DNA from: Chrysomallon squamiferum
Lineage: Eukaryota; Animalia; Mollusca
DNA: 64,000 nucleotides
Direction of reading: 5' to 3'
Assembly (NCBI GenBank): GCA_012295275.1
Contig: CM022679.1
Location: forward strand, 27,652,001 to 27,716,000
Below the pieces are notes generated by a model, which did no database searches, was not told where the DNA came from, and saw only the letters and a list, made by a program, of their open reading frames with translations. Position 1 is the stretch's first letter, and every line of letters begins with the position of its first letter. This document shows, one piece after another, positions 49,945 through 64,000 of the stretch. A program made the position numbers and the translations under genes.

Positions 49945-50290
49945 TTAAACGTATTAAATATGATATTAAAGACAGATCAAACATATTAAATATGTATTAA
50001 ACAGATATTAAACAGATATTAAACATGTATTAAACAGATATTAAACAGATATTAAACATGTATTAAACAGATTTAAATAGATATTAAACCTGTATTAAAC
50101 AGATATTAAACGTGTGTTAAACACATATTAAACATAAATTAAACTTGAATTATACCTATATTAAATAGATATTAAACATGCAATAAACAGATATGAAACC
50201 TGAGTTAAACAGATATTAAACACATATATTAAATAGATATTAAACTTGTATTAAACATACACTAAACTTCAATTAAACTTGTGTTAAAGA
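49945..50290 (-). repeat. ~11-bp degenerate satellite (TAAACAGATAT)n
   Basis: Same unit as 47225-47700 in opposite orientation. Confidence 0.85.
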
Positions 50291-51684
50291 GATATTTGAC
50301 ATATATAGCTGGAAAACAATAAAAATTTTGAATTGTTGGTTGACAACAAATATAGCTGTCTTCCTCATTTCCTAGTAGCTTTCTTGTAACCACAGCTATC
50401 ACTGATACTGGTACTACAGTAACTATTTGTACTAATCAGCCTACCACGACAACAACACTACTACTTCTACTACTATTACCACTACTACTACTACTACTAC
50501 TAATAATAATAATAATAACAGTAATAATAAATACTGTGAATACTCTTACTACTACAGCTGCTAACGTTCCTGTTATACAGCTAACGTAAATGATATGATT
50601 ACTTCTATTACTATTATCGCGCTGCCACAACCACAACTACTACTAACACTGTTGCTACTAACATCACTCTTAGTACTATTACTAACAGCGTTAGTGCTAA
50701 TACTAGAAATAATATTAATTGCAAAAATACTTCTATTTCTAGAACTAGTGACACCACGACTACTTTCACTACTGCTGATTAACACTATACTTATTGTGTA
50801 CGTTTTTAGTTCTTGTGTGTAAGTGCGTGTGCGCGTGTGTGTGAGTGAGTGCGCGCGCCTAAAACAGGATTACAGTTAGTAAGTTTTCACACACAGAGGA
50901 TAATGAAAAATATTCAGTCATTCTTCTTCAAACCCACACACATTTGTTCCTCGTGGCAGTTTGAAGAAAACGCCGCTAAATATTTAATTTCACTTTCAGC
51001 CAATCGCAGCCTGAGGCTACGTCTGGAAGCGTCCAGTATTTATATTAATAGCATCGACGATTGTTCCTAATTGAAATCAACAAATTTACTGCGACAAACT
51101 AGAGTTAAGTTCATTTGCAATACACACTACGTGACAGTTTTTCAAAACAGTGTAATTTGTGATAGAATTATTTTATTAACAGTCTGTCTACTTCAAAACG
51201 ATGTTAAAATATCATTGGTTTTATGCCTCTAGTAAATCAGTTATTTTTACTTGATGAAATATAATTTGAATCATGTTAGTTTGTACTTTTATAGACGTAT
51301 GTATGGAGGCATGTGTGCGTTTGCCAGTGTGCATGTTTTTGTGTAAACATTTGAATGTTATATATGTTTGTATGTATATACATAAGTATGTACGTATTTA
51401 TATTAATGTTTTCGTCTGTATGTGTTTCAGTGAGTGTTTGTCTGTCTGTGTGTTTTAACTAAATAATGTTGTATATGAATAAAGTTAATAGAGTTGATCC
51501 TGAAACCTATTACACTGTAATCAAACATCACTCTAAGCGAAAAGTCATCTAAAATCTGTGACGAGAATCAACATTTTAACAAGTCTCTACAGCACCATTC
51601 ATCGCAACGAAGAGGACCCGCGGCGAAACGTGGACGTCAGTCATTCTGACCCTGACTAGAGTTTCAACATTCCTCTTTAATGCC

Positions 51685-52150
51685 TGGTTACATTGTTTTA
51701 TGTTGGGTTACATTTTTTATGTTTCGTTACATAGTTTTATGTTTGATTACATTTGGTCACATTTTTGTATACTTGGTTACATTGTTTTAAGCTTGGTTAC
51801 ATTGTTTACATTGCTTTATGCTTGGTTACATTGTTTTTATTTGGTTAGGCTGTTTTATATTTGGTTACATTGTTTTATGCTATGTTACATTGTTTTGTTT
51901 GGTTACATTGTTTTAGGCTGGTTACATTGTTTTATATTTGGTGACATTGTTTTATATTTGGTTGCATTGTTTTATATTTGGTTACATTGTTTTATATTTT
52001 GGTTACATTGTTTTATGCTTGTTTACATTGTTTTATGCTTGGTTACATTGTTCTATATTTGGTTACATTGTTTTATGCTTGGTTACATTCTTTCATATTT
52101 GGTTACACTGTTTTATATCAGGTTACATTTTTTATGTTATGTTGCATTGC
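51685..52150. repeat. ~21-bp minisatellite
   Basis: Unit TTGGTTACATTGTTTTATAT/GC, ~22 copies. Confidence 0.9.
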
Positions 52151-53550
52151 TTTATTTCTGTCCATGACATTCTCCGCATTGCTTATTACATTTTACAGTG
52201 CAACATCAACACGCTGTTAATATTCAATAAAATAATATAAATGTATAAAAAGAACAAAACATTGCGACCACCCTAGTACTGTGCATTACAATTATAGAAC
52301 GTCTTCTCTGAGTATTAGATTGTCCACGTCACATCAGAAGTTAATAGGTTTCAGCAGACAAAACACTTCACGACGGCTGTCCATGTTATTGTTGATTGAT
52401 AAAATTCTACAGCAAACTATCACATTAATTATAATTGTACTGTAATTCTGAAACTAACAGTAGATTCAGTAGCTGCTTCGGCAAACAAGCCTAAAGATGC
52501 AAACGTAATTAGAACAAAAAAAATAAAATACTTCAGTCTCACATGCATGTACAAATCTCGTTTTGTTTAATTTAATGTGTAATACATAACGTAAAAAATT
52601 GGTTACTGTCAAATGAATGAAGAATATTTCTGTGGTTAAAAACATATGTTTTAACGCGTGCTTTCAGATATTTTGATAAATCATATTGTAAATGAAAATA
52701 AAACAAATTTCCATGACTGAAAAATATAAGAACCAAAAACAACAATATCATGTAAAGATTAAAAACTTAATATTCTCTATTAAATACTCTCGTTCATATC
52801 TGTAACTTGCCATATTCAATGTTCACTACTATAAATACCCTCGTTCGTGTCTGAAAATCGTCATGTTCAGTCTTGACTACTAAATACCTTTGTTCATATC
52901 TGAAAATCGTCAATTTCAGCGTTCACTGTGAAATACTCTCGTTCCTATTTTAACGCGTCAATTATTCTCGTTCTTATCTGTAACTCGTAATACTTCATAT
53001 CTAATATTAACTATGATAAAATTTCGTTCATATCGATAAATCATCATACTGAATATTAACTATTAAGAAAAATTATTTCGTGACCAGCTGCTGTGAAAAG
53101 ACAGTTGATTTTTTTTTTTTTTCTGTTGTGCTCTTGATGACTTTTCAGTGAATCTTTGTTATGAGCCGACTGGAAACTTATCGATCTGAAGGAGATGATA
53201 TCAGACATTTTAAACGCTAGAAGTTGTAAAAGGTTTCCAGGCAAGTATGTATCTCAGACTGTTCTTTTTCTTGACGTTTTCTCACAGTAAATCAACATAC
53301 GAATTGTAGCATTGTAATTAAACAAATACGTTCCTCTGTGATGTAAATATGGTTTCAATGTTTTCAGTGTATAAGTTGTATTAATCAGTGAAACCAGTTG
53401 TATAATGCCTGAAATATTCACGTAATGCCAGTTACTACAGATACCAGACCATTTATCCGGCAAGCTTGAAACCAAGGTTGTCCGGATGTCGCGAAAGTCT
53501 AAACCTTTACTGGAAATATTGATCTATGTATGTATGTATGAATGAGTTTA

Positions 53551-53602
<52 letters not shown>

Positions 53603-54233
53603 TTAAAAAATAAAATTGTATTTAACAGACACAAATTAATACTCTTCTAAAGAACAGTCTGATCGATTTTTATTAATTCACTTAAAATTCCTCTACAGAA
53701 AACACTTATCACTGGTATATGTGTTTTGTTTTGGTCTTTTAGATATGATAAATGAAAACGAGGGTAAATTGACTCTAATAATACACAGCAACAGTTTCAC
53801 TTGAACTGGTGCCATTGAAAATAAAAGCGCGCCTAATTCAAAAGTAGCCAGTTTAAACACAGCCGGATAAATAGTTCAGTACATGTACCAGTCATTTCAC
53901 GTCGTGACTCCATCATTTAGAATAGATTTAGTTAAAAGTCAACAAGTCTGGAACGTTTTATGGTTAGTGCCAATGTTTCCTACTACGAGGGAAAAATGTA
54001 AAAGTATATAATGTAGATTTAACAAATAACGTGTTCAGAACACGCTAATCAAACCCCAAGTGAAACTATTTAAACAGAAAAACACATGCACCTATAACAA
54101 AACAATTTTATTATTTTCAATATGTATTTGTTTTGGGGTTTTTATTTTTAACTTTCAAAACTTTGTTGTTCTTCACAGAGAACTAAGATCTTAGTTCTCT
54201 GTTCAATAAAATAAATAAAACATTTTATTATCC

Positions 54234-54312
<79 letters not shown>

Positions 54313-54368
54313 TATATATACAAGAGTGTGTGCGTGTGTCAGTGTGTTAGTGTGTGTATGTGTGTTCA

Positions 54369-57300
54369 TTATTCCTGTGTTGATGAACAACACAACTGTG
54401 TCACATCACCATGTGATATTGTTCTTGGAACACAAGTGTCTTCTACGTCAGATGGCTCAGTTTGTGTAGGTGTGGACAACGAGCGCGTGTTCTGTGGTAT
54501 CGCTAGGTGAGGCAGTGGCACGTCAGCGAGTGGGTTTGTAAAGAGAATATTCATGCAGATGACAAGTGGAAACCTGAACTCGAAGCCGAGAGTGACTAAA
54601 ATAACGGGCTGGAAGAAAACAAAACGAAGTGGTGTGTTAAATATCTTCATTGCTACTTAGAAGTTAATTCAGCGCATGTCTCACTGCTAAAACTGATCCA
54701 ACCACATCCAAATAACTTTATATTACAAACAAATGTGATACACAAATAATTTTACATCACATAAAAATGTGATACACAAATACGTTTAAATCACAAACAA
54801 ATGTGATAAACACAATTTTACATCACTAACAAATGAGATAAATACGTAAACAACTTCACAACACAATTTTATATACCAAGCAAATGTTTTGACTTCAGAG
54901 CTTTATTTTTTCACTTGAATCTGTTCACATACACACACAAAACCCAAACCCACAATTTGTTATCTGTTACTATATACACCACTGTAACAGCCAGTTTAAC
55001 TATGCAACATCGAGCCTTGATTTGAACATTTCACTGTTTGACAAGATCATAAATTTTAACACTTAATCAGCAGTAACCATCTAGACATACATTTCAACAC
55101 TTAATGAGCAGTAACCACCTAAACAAACATTTCAACAGTTAATCTACGGTAACCATCTAGACATACATTTCAATAGTTTATTCAAATGCAGCCATCTGGT
55201 CATATATTTTTATCTCGGATTGAATTTTAGTTGAAGTTTAGGTAATAAAAGTCTGGACATTATCAACAAGAAAATAAAAAATTATTTTACCTCATCTATT
55301 TTCAGTGAGAGAAATTTGAAATCTGTGGATGTTAAATTCTGAGCATGTCCGCCTGGAGACAGAGAAGCAGCTGTCAATCTGTCGACAAATAATTGATGAA
55401 ATTGTAACACAGCAAATACCATAAATATAACACAGCAAATACCATAATTATAATACAGCAAATACCATAATTATATACAGCAAATACCATAATTATAATA
55501 CAACAAATACCATAATTATAATACAACAAATACCATAATTATAATGCAGCAAATACCATAATTATAATACAGCAAAAACCATAATTATAATACAGCAAAA
55601 ACCATAATTATAACACTAGCAAATACCATAATTATAATACAGCAATTACCAGAATTATAATACAACAGATATCACAATTATAATTAAAATACCAAAATTA
55701 TAATGCAGCAAATACATAATTATAATGCAGCAAATACCATAATTATAATAGCAAATACCAAAATAGCAATTATAATACAGCAAGTAACATAATTATAATA
55801 TAATGAATAAAAAAAATTATATTACAATTGGTACCAAAATTATACTATAACAATTACCAAAATTATATTAAAACAAATACCAAAATTAGAATACATGTAT
55901 AACAAGTATGAAAATTATAATATAGCAAATATCTGACTGACAAATAAAGATACATTACATTTATTTCATTAGTTATTTTCATCTTAAGTCTAATTATCAA
56001 AATTAGGAAAAGAAAAAAGAGAAGATAAAAAGAAAATGACCAACCTGACACAGACATTACGAGTGGTTTTCTTTGTAACAGAACCAGAAAAATGTTCACA
56101 TGTTATACTTCGTCTGACAGAGAGCAACCTGCAACAGATTTCTTACATTTTTATCACAAACACAAACACACCAGGCACATCCACCCCCCCCCACACACAC
56201 ACACCAACACACTCTGACATACACACACTCACACTCTCTGACAAACACACACACACTCACACTCTCTGACACATTCACTCACACACTCACATTCTCTGAT
56301 ACACACATTGACTCTCTTACAAACACTCACATTCTGACACTCACTCACACTCTGACACACACACACACACTCACTCACTCTGAAAAACACACGCTCACAC
56401 TCTCTCACACACTCACTCACTCAAACACACATACAGACACTTTGACAGAAATATGCAATGAAACAGTTCCTTCATCTGCAGTGTTTGAATGATTTCTCAC
56501 ACAAACAACAAACTCCTAAATCAACCAACCTGTTTTGAAATGTAATGATCAAGTCAACACCATAACTGTAGCCCACCCATCTCCAGCAAAACTGAAACCG
56601 AATAAAAAAGCAATATTAAATCAGAATCTAGTACAAGACTGTAACAACAACTCTAGTGAACACAAATAACATATACATAATTATACAGTAACACAAGTAT
56701 ACATAGTTGATATCAGACAAGTAATATAAACACATATTTATATATTTTATTGGACCAATTTTTTTTTTTTTAACTTTCTTAAATGTTAATAACTTAATAA
56801 TGAAAGAAAAAAAATGTCTTAAAAGAAAATTCAGCTCTGCCTGTAATAAAATATTTGACCCATCACATTGAATCTCATTGAAAGTCACCCAGCCAGCAAC
56901 TGAGTTTCAGCTAACAACAGTGGAGTGACACAAATATTTTCTATTTTGATATTTTGTCAAAAAAGCATCTACATGTCCCTTATCTGAAAATGTGTCTGGC
57001 TTGAACCAGGCAAAATGTGACTTAACACTCAGGTTGGTGTGAAGGGTCACAGGTGTGTACATAAACAAGTCTTACCGTGCTGTTTCTTTGCAAGATTCGT
57101 CCACATCGCATAGAATGGGAAAGAAAAACATCTTTGTCTATTTGTTTAGGTCTGAAACAGCAACCAGTATATACTTAGACTCCACAACAACAACAACAAC
57201 AATAATAATATTAGCAGCAAAATAACAATAATAATAACAATAATCATAACAACAATAGTAATAACAATAACAAATACAGTAATATTAATAATAATAATAA

Positions 57301-60300
57301 TAATAATAACAAAACAACAACATACCCATCATGTCTGTGTTCATACATTAGTACATACCCATCATGTCTGTGTTCATACATTAGTACATACCCATCATGT
57401 CTGTGTTCATACATTAGTACATATCCATCATGTCTGTGTTCATACATTAGTACATACCCATCATGTCTGTGTTCATACATTAGTACATACCCATCATGTC
57501 TGTGTTCATACATTAGTACATACCCATCATGACTGTGTTCATACATTAGTACATACCCATCATCTATGCCCTGTTCGAGGCGCAGTGCATTCATCCACTG
57601 GTACTCGTAAAAAGGTTTCAGAGATTCTGAAAGAAAACAGTACAAAAGTATCTGACAGAAGTTTTATTTATTCTAAAACAATAGTTAATACATCACTACA
57701 GACGATTAATGAAAACTGAACAAATTATGTAAACATATTTGGTATTCAGGAAAAAAATGTTGTTTAAAAATATATATTGTTTCTTTTTTAACAAAGAAAA
57801 AACATAATAATAATAAAATGGAAAACAAAAAGTTTATAAAGTAAAAATGAAAGTGAAAGGAGATATAAAAAGAGTGAATAAAAATAATTAATTCACCTTT
57901 TGGGATAATTCTGTCATTTTCTATGAGTTTGATCGAAGCCATATCAAGAACAATATGTTGCCATCGCAGAGCTTGGAATGTACAAATAAATGGCTTCCCT
58001 TCCGGACACTGCAGAAAACATCTGTCATCTGTAAGAGTGGAAAATATTAACTTACTTTTAGTATTGCTGAGTTTTTGTTAAAATGCGTTTAAAAAAGGAT
58101 ACTGAAAGTTACAGCCATTGTTTGAATGGAGATATGACTGTTTATACATAACAATACATAGTGTTTGAATGCTCTCAGTCAGTCTGAAGATCTTTGTGTG
58201 CAGAACTAAAAGTAAACAGTCCTAGGCTTATTTGACCTGTTACCAACCAGAACAAGTTAAAATAGAGAAAAACAGAGAAATATTAATATCTACAACAAAA
58301 CTAGACAGACATTAATATCAAAATTAAAATTAGACACACGTCAATATCAAAATTAAAACTAGACACACATTAATATCAAAATTAAAATTAGACTTACGTT
58401 AATATCAAAATTAAAACAAGACACACATTAATATCATAATTAAAACTAGACACACATTAATATCAAAATTAAAACTAGACACACATTAATATCAAAATTA
58501 AAACTGGACAGACATTAATATCAAAATTAAAACTAGACACACGTTAATATCAAAATTAAAACTAGACAGACATTAATATCAAAATTAAAAATAGACACAC
58601 ATTAATATCAAAATTAAAACTAGACACACATTAATATCAAAATTAAAACTAGACACACATTAATATCAAAATTAAAACTAGACACACATTAATATCAAAA
58701 TTAAAACAAGACAGACATTAATATCAAAATTAAAACTAGACACACATTAATATCAAAATTAAAACTAGACACACATTAATATCAAAATTAAAACTAGACA
58801 CACATTAATATCAAAATTAAAACTAGACACACATTAATATCAAAATTAAAACAAGACAGACATTAATATCAAAATTAAAACTAGACACACATTAATATCA
58901 AAATTAAAACTAGACAGACATTAATATCAAAATTAAAAATAGACACACATTAATATCAAAATTAAAAATAGACACACATTAATATCACAATTAAAACCTA
59001 GTCAGATAAAAATATCAAAATTAAAACTAGACAGATATTAATATCAAAAAGAAAACTTGTCAGTAACAAAAATAAAATTAAGAATTAACCTCCAACAAAT
59101 GATTTGAAAAATTGGTCCGATTCATCATTTAAAGTTTCTCTGTCACCATCCCAGGATAAGTTACAACGCAGGAACACCCACTGCAAAGATAAAACAAAAA
59201 ATTAGCCCACCTGCATGTGTATCACTATACTGCTTGTTACACATTTATTTTTGATTTACCACTGGTTATATTTTTCATGATCAATCACTTGTTACATGGT
59301 TGTTCATGATCAATCACTTGTTAAATGTTTGTTCATAATCAGTCACTTGTTAAATGTTTGTTCATGATCAGTCAAGTTACATGAGATTTATGTGAAGATC
59401 AATTAAGTCATTGTAACTTATGTGTAGATTTAGTAAGTGAAAACAAACTCTTTTTAGCAAACTGTAGACATCCATCTCAACTTGTAAAACAAACATTTCA
59501 GCAGACTGAATCAACCTCTCCATCAGATCCTCACTGAAAATATAAATAAATAAACAAACAAACAAACAAACAAATAAACAAAAATAAACAAACAAATAAA
59601 TCATGATAAAGAATGGATTGGTTATGAAAATTAAATGTTTGGGTTTCGGTCAAATAATTTCAATGTTTTCTATTTCTGGTAAAAAGTTCTACAGACAGGA
59701 AGACAGAGAATAAACTGTACCTGATTTCTTTCAGTAGACTGGGATCTCGCTGATACATGACATTGTGTAACAACCAGTCCATGCACAACTGTTCAACTTC
59801 TGGGAGGACATACATCTGTGATGCTGTATAGTACGTACACACTGACTTGACACTGACAACAGAAATATGTCATAATATACACCACTAACAACTGTAATGT
59901 CATAATGTACACTAACAACAGAAACATGTTACAGTGTACACACTAACAACAGAAACATGTTACAGTGTACGCACTGACAATACATTTATTTACATAAACG
60001 AGAACTGTCTTCATAAAGCTCACCTTAAAGAGTCTTTTATTATACTGACACACTCTGGTATCAAAGGGTCCTGTAAATAAATTATTAAAAAGTTATTTCT
60101 GTTTGCATGTGTCTGTATGCTTGAATACTATGTGTATGTTTGTGTATGACTGTATGTATTTAATAACTTAAAATTACTTCGAAGTAGAGAGCAAAATTAT
60201 TTTATATAACTGTTATTTATTTTAGTAAATGACTTCTAATGACAGTTATTATATACAAGTTATTTGAGTAAATATTCAAGTAAACTGCTATTATAAACAA

Positions 60301-62494
60301 GTTATTTGAGTAAAATATTCAAGTAAACAGCTATTATATACAAGTTATTTGAGTAAAATATTCAAGTAAACAGCTATTATAAACAAGTAAACAGCTATTG
60401 TAAACAAGTAAACAGCTATTCTAAACAAGTAAACAGCTATTATAAACAATTAAACAGCTATTGTAAACAAGTAAACAGCTATTGTAAACAAGTAAACAGC
60501 TATTATAAACAAGTAAACAGCTATTAAAAACAAGTAAACAGCTATTATAAACAATTAAACAGCTATTATAAACAAGTAAACAGCTATTATAAACAAGTAA
60601 ACAGCTATTAAAAACAAGTAAACAGCTATTATAAACAATTAAACAGCTATTATAAACAAGTAAATAGCTATTAAAAACAAGTAAACAACTACGTACAACA
60701 AGGAAGAGACAGGCAGCTGACAAGACACTGATAACATCCACTGGCTTCATGATGACATAGTCCTTGTACAAGGAGCCAAACACTATATTTAATCCTGAAA
60801 AACGCTCAGCACATTTAACACACATGTTTTGTAATAAAATGCTGTTTATATAAAAACAGATTACAGTAAAACAGTTTGTCAATCACACGACAAGATGACA
60901 AACTACTATAAGTGCATGTAACTGGTATATATGTCAATACTGAGACATATAACTGATATTATTATAACTACAGTATTCAAACTGATTTGTTAATATGTAA
61001 CTGGTATATATGTCAAAACTGAGGCATATAACTGATATTATTATAACTACAGTATTCAAACTGATTTGTTAACATGTAACTGGTATATATGTCAAAACTG
61101 ATACATATAACTGATATTATTATAACTACAGTATTCAAACTGATTTGTTAACATGTAACTGGTATATATGTCAAAACTGATACATATAACTGATATGTAT
61201 ACTTGTCAATACTAAGATATATAACTTACATACAAATGTCAGTACTCAGATATTCAACTTATAAACATGTCAATACTCAGATATATAACTGATATCTACA
61301 CATCAACACTCAAATATGTATCAATATTCAGATATATAACTTGTTAATACTCAGATATATAATATATACATGTCAACACTCAGATATAACATCCTGCATT
61401 TCTCTTTAATACATAACACACAATTATATTAAATAACAAGTATTAACATTATGAATATATTTAATAATAATATTATATTCATTCATTCATATAAATAATG
61501 TATATGAATGACTTTAGTGGAGGTCTAGATATTTTCAAAGTTATTATTGTAGATAAGAGACAAAAGTAAAAATTGTTTTACAATAAATATTTTGCGAAAA
61601 AAATTGAGTGATTACCTTTTTCATCGATGTTGTTGTCTGTTATGTCAATATGAATTGTTTTTTGACTTGATTCATTCCAAGGTCCACTGAACATACTGGA
61701 AAAGTATCTGGACTGAAAAAAAAAAAAAAATGTATATATATATATATATTTATTTACATAAAAGAACCTATGATAAGGTGTAATTAAACAAATAAATATT
61801 TAGGACAATATTTTCTTTGTCAATTATTTACCTGACACAGGTAATGTTTGTGAAGATGCCATTCTCGCCCCAATGCTTTAATTGTCACATCACTTTTCTG
61901 ACCTTTCAAGTAGAGAGTTTCGTAGATGTACTTGGATGTTGACTTAAAATGCTTACTACAAAAATATAAAATATTTCATTATTTGTTAGGTTATCCAGGA
62001 AGGGGTATATAATTAAATGAATTAATTGTATAGATAGTATCATAGTTTACTTCTTTGTTTCATACATGCTGAAAGTTACTATAAACAGTACTTTAACTAA
62101 GGGTGTAACTGTAAGGGGTTACAAATGCCTGAGTAAGGGGAGAAATAAAAATACAATAAATAAGTTCTTGTTTTTTGGCATTACATGAATGCTTTAACAT
62201 AAAAAGTTACATGTGAAAGAGTATTTTCCATTAAACCGTTATACTCAGAATTCTGGACAACGATTACTCATTTAGTTACTGCCAGTTACTGGTATCCACA
62301 AATTTAAATATTATATTTATAATAAATAGGATTTTTTGATAATATATTTCTGGTTACCGTTTTGGGGTCTGCAAATCAACTGTACTATTGTCACTGTCAT
62401 TCGGCTCTTCTGGTTCCCATTTTCGTTTCTGGCTTCTACCCCAATTATAATTATTGTATACATTTTTGGAAATTCGTTCCAACGAATTTCCCAT
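54369..62494 (-). CDS. GMCL1: Germ cell-less protein (BTB/BACK CUL3 adaptor), 520 aa, 15 coding exons
   Basis: Exons 62494-62358, 61955-61832, 61712-61616, 60794-60697, 60070-60024, 59852-59721, 59533-59449, 59180-59090, 58028-57897, 57626-57557, 57151-57076, 56591-56530, 56128-56045, 55378-55291 and 54608-54369. All GT-AG and phase-compatible, 1563 nt in total. GCL-family motifs: MGNS.., TPKRKHFKSTSKYIYETL, ALGREWHLHKHYLCQSRYFSSMFSGPW, VFGSLYKD, FVLQVEMDVY, EGKPF, SMRCGR, CWRWVG, FPLVICMN. Confidence 0.96.
55405..55870. repeat. 23-bp intronic minisatellite
   Basis: Unit ATACAGCAAATACCATAATTATA, in a GMCL1 intron. Confidence 0.88.
57320..57562. repeat. 33-bp tandem repeat (7 copies) that includes the exon-10 splice donor of GMCL1
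   Basis: Unit CATACCCATCATGTCTGTGTTCATACATTAGTA, starting at 57321 and then every 33 bp. Confidence 0.97.
58295..59055. repeat. 29-bp intronic minisatellite (~26 copies)
   Basis: Unit AATATCAAAATTAAAACTAGACACACATT. Confidence 0.96.
60250..60690. repeat. 21-bp intronic minisatellite abutting a GMCL1 donor
   Basis: Unit AAACAAGTAAACAGCTATTAT; longer ~42-bp variant units at 60250-60380. Confidence 0.92.
60917..61200. repeat. 79-bp intronic tandem repeat, ~3.5 copies
   Basis: TGTAACTGGTATATATGTCAA at 60917, 60996, 61075 and 61154. Confidence 0.92.
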
Positions 62495-62977
62495 TGTTGG
62501 AAAGTCGGGAAAACAGAGTAGTTTCCCTTTGCAAATCTCGTAGCTGTGTCATCTCTAAAAGATAAAAAGTATTATAATTTTTAAAATGTTTTTTTCTGCT
62601 TATCTTTTTAATTGTTTTATTGTTTAATAAACTTATTAGTGGGGGGGGGATGAAAACACACTTTTTTTTTTCTTTAAATTATTGCCTGGATGGAATGAGA
62701 AATTTAGGGATCAATAAATTACGATCAATTCTTCGGCAGTTCGAAATCGGGGTGCAAGATATCAAACATCATTCCCACAGTTCCTGTGTACCAAGCCGTT
62801 GTCATCCGTTTAATAGGAAACAAAATGAACACGAAAAAAAATACTAAAGTTCGATTTAGATCATATTTTCTCTGCCTCTTTATACACCATGATATACAAT
62901 AACAGTATAACCTTATAAAAATATCGTAATTACTAATTATAATGCAGAGAATTGGCCCAAATGTCTTTCTCCCTTAC

Positions 62978-63140
62978 CTGTATTCTCTCCTCTCTTGAAC
63001 TCTCTTTCACCGCAGTCACACAGATAACATCTCACACTCCTGACGAACACTGGCAGACCATTACTGTCTTGGGTTCCTCAAGAAAGCATCAGCGACAGTG
63101 TGTACCATATTTTAATATCCCACGTGTCGGATGAGAAAAA
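62978..63140 (-). other. Putative non-coding 5'UTR exon of GMCL1
   Basis: Strong donor CAG|GTAAGG at 62977. The ATG exon has an upstream acceptor (ttttAG at 62555-62556). The 5' boundary is not determinable. Confidence 0.45.
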
Positions 63141-63453
63141 AACCTCAGACGTTAATGGTGTTTATGTCTCTTTAGATTGTGCTTTTAGTTCAGTCCCTCA
63201 TATATATATACTTGTAATATCCACTATGCAGCAGAATGTACGTGCTTTGAACAATATTTTAAAAGACAAGTGGCAGAGTTAAGAATTACTATTTGTATAT
63301 GTGTAATACAAACTAATATAATACTGTACTTTGTTAAGAAAAACCAAATGGCTGAGTGATGGTATATATTAATATTAATAAACAATATTTTCAAAAGTAC
63401 TTTTAATTTTTTTAAAGCAACAATACAGAACAAATAAATAACTTGCACTTTGT

Positions 63454-63493
<40 letters not shown>

Positions 63494-64000
63494 TTAAATA
63501 TAAATGTTTCAAGTTAAATAATCTGTAAACACAATTTACCTTTTAACATTAATTTATAATATGAAAATTAAAACTTTTAAAATTATTTTTACATTTATTT
63601 TTCCAACTTTTTTTAGTTTTCTGTGGTCTTTTTAATCTTACTAGAATGTGAAAAAGAGCTGTGATTTAAAAATATGTATTTCCAGATGTTTGTTCTCTCT
63701 TAATATTTCTATGAAGGATGACCTGTGAGCTACCACTGAGCTACATGTATGAGAACATAGACGCAAAAATATCAAAAATAAAAACATGGACACGTTTATA
63801 TATTTAAAAAGTAATTTATTTATTTTCACAAGCGTTTTTGCATAAATGTAAATTTTCTACTTGTGTGCAAAATTTAATGTCTATCCTTGCAGTTAATTAT
63901 AGGGCATCTTTCAGTCAGTGTGTTTGTTTTAAGTTACTGACAGAAAACTGCACTGGTCAGAACTCCACTAGAACAAAACAAGTAATACTAAGTTGAGGGG

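Noticed and set aside
56800-57060. Possible intronic snoRNA or extra exon in GMCL1
   Set aside because: Only an imperfect C box and no terminal stem; the flanking exons already join in frame.

Overview
AT-rich, microsatellite-dense animal DNA. TTAGGG telomere repeats and a luqin/RYamide-type receptor suggest a lophotrochozoan such as a mollusc (inference only). The window is two contigs joined by a 200-N gap (30964-31163). The right contig begins like a chromosome end: a (CCCTAA)n telomere, a (CCCTGA)n variant zone and a 42-bp subtelomeric satellite. It then holds a 2-exon neuropeptide GPCR and a complete 15-coding-exon germ cell-less (GMCL1/gcl) gene, both on the - strand, plus MITEs and many minisatellites. 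The left contig has no useful long ORF, but reading its splice signals reveals what looks like a family of micro-exon genes for small secreted cationic peptides. Each has a conserved signal-peptide exon, then symmetric phase-2 exons of 3-21 nt, then a KR-S terminal exon. Two complete convergent copies lie in the arms of a ~26-kb imperfect palindrome whose centre is a 3x ~4.25-kb tandem array of smaller hairpins. A third partial copy and an internally deleted copy lie to the left. All gene models were built by hand from splice signals and frame continuity; no database search or transcript evidence was available.
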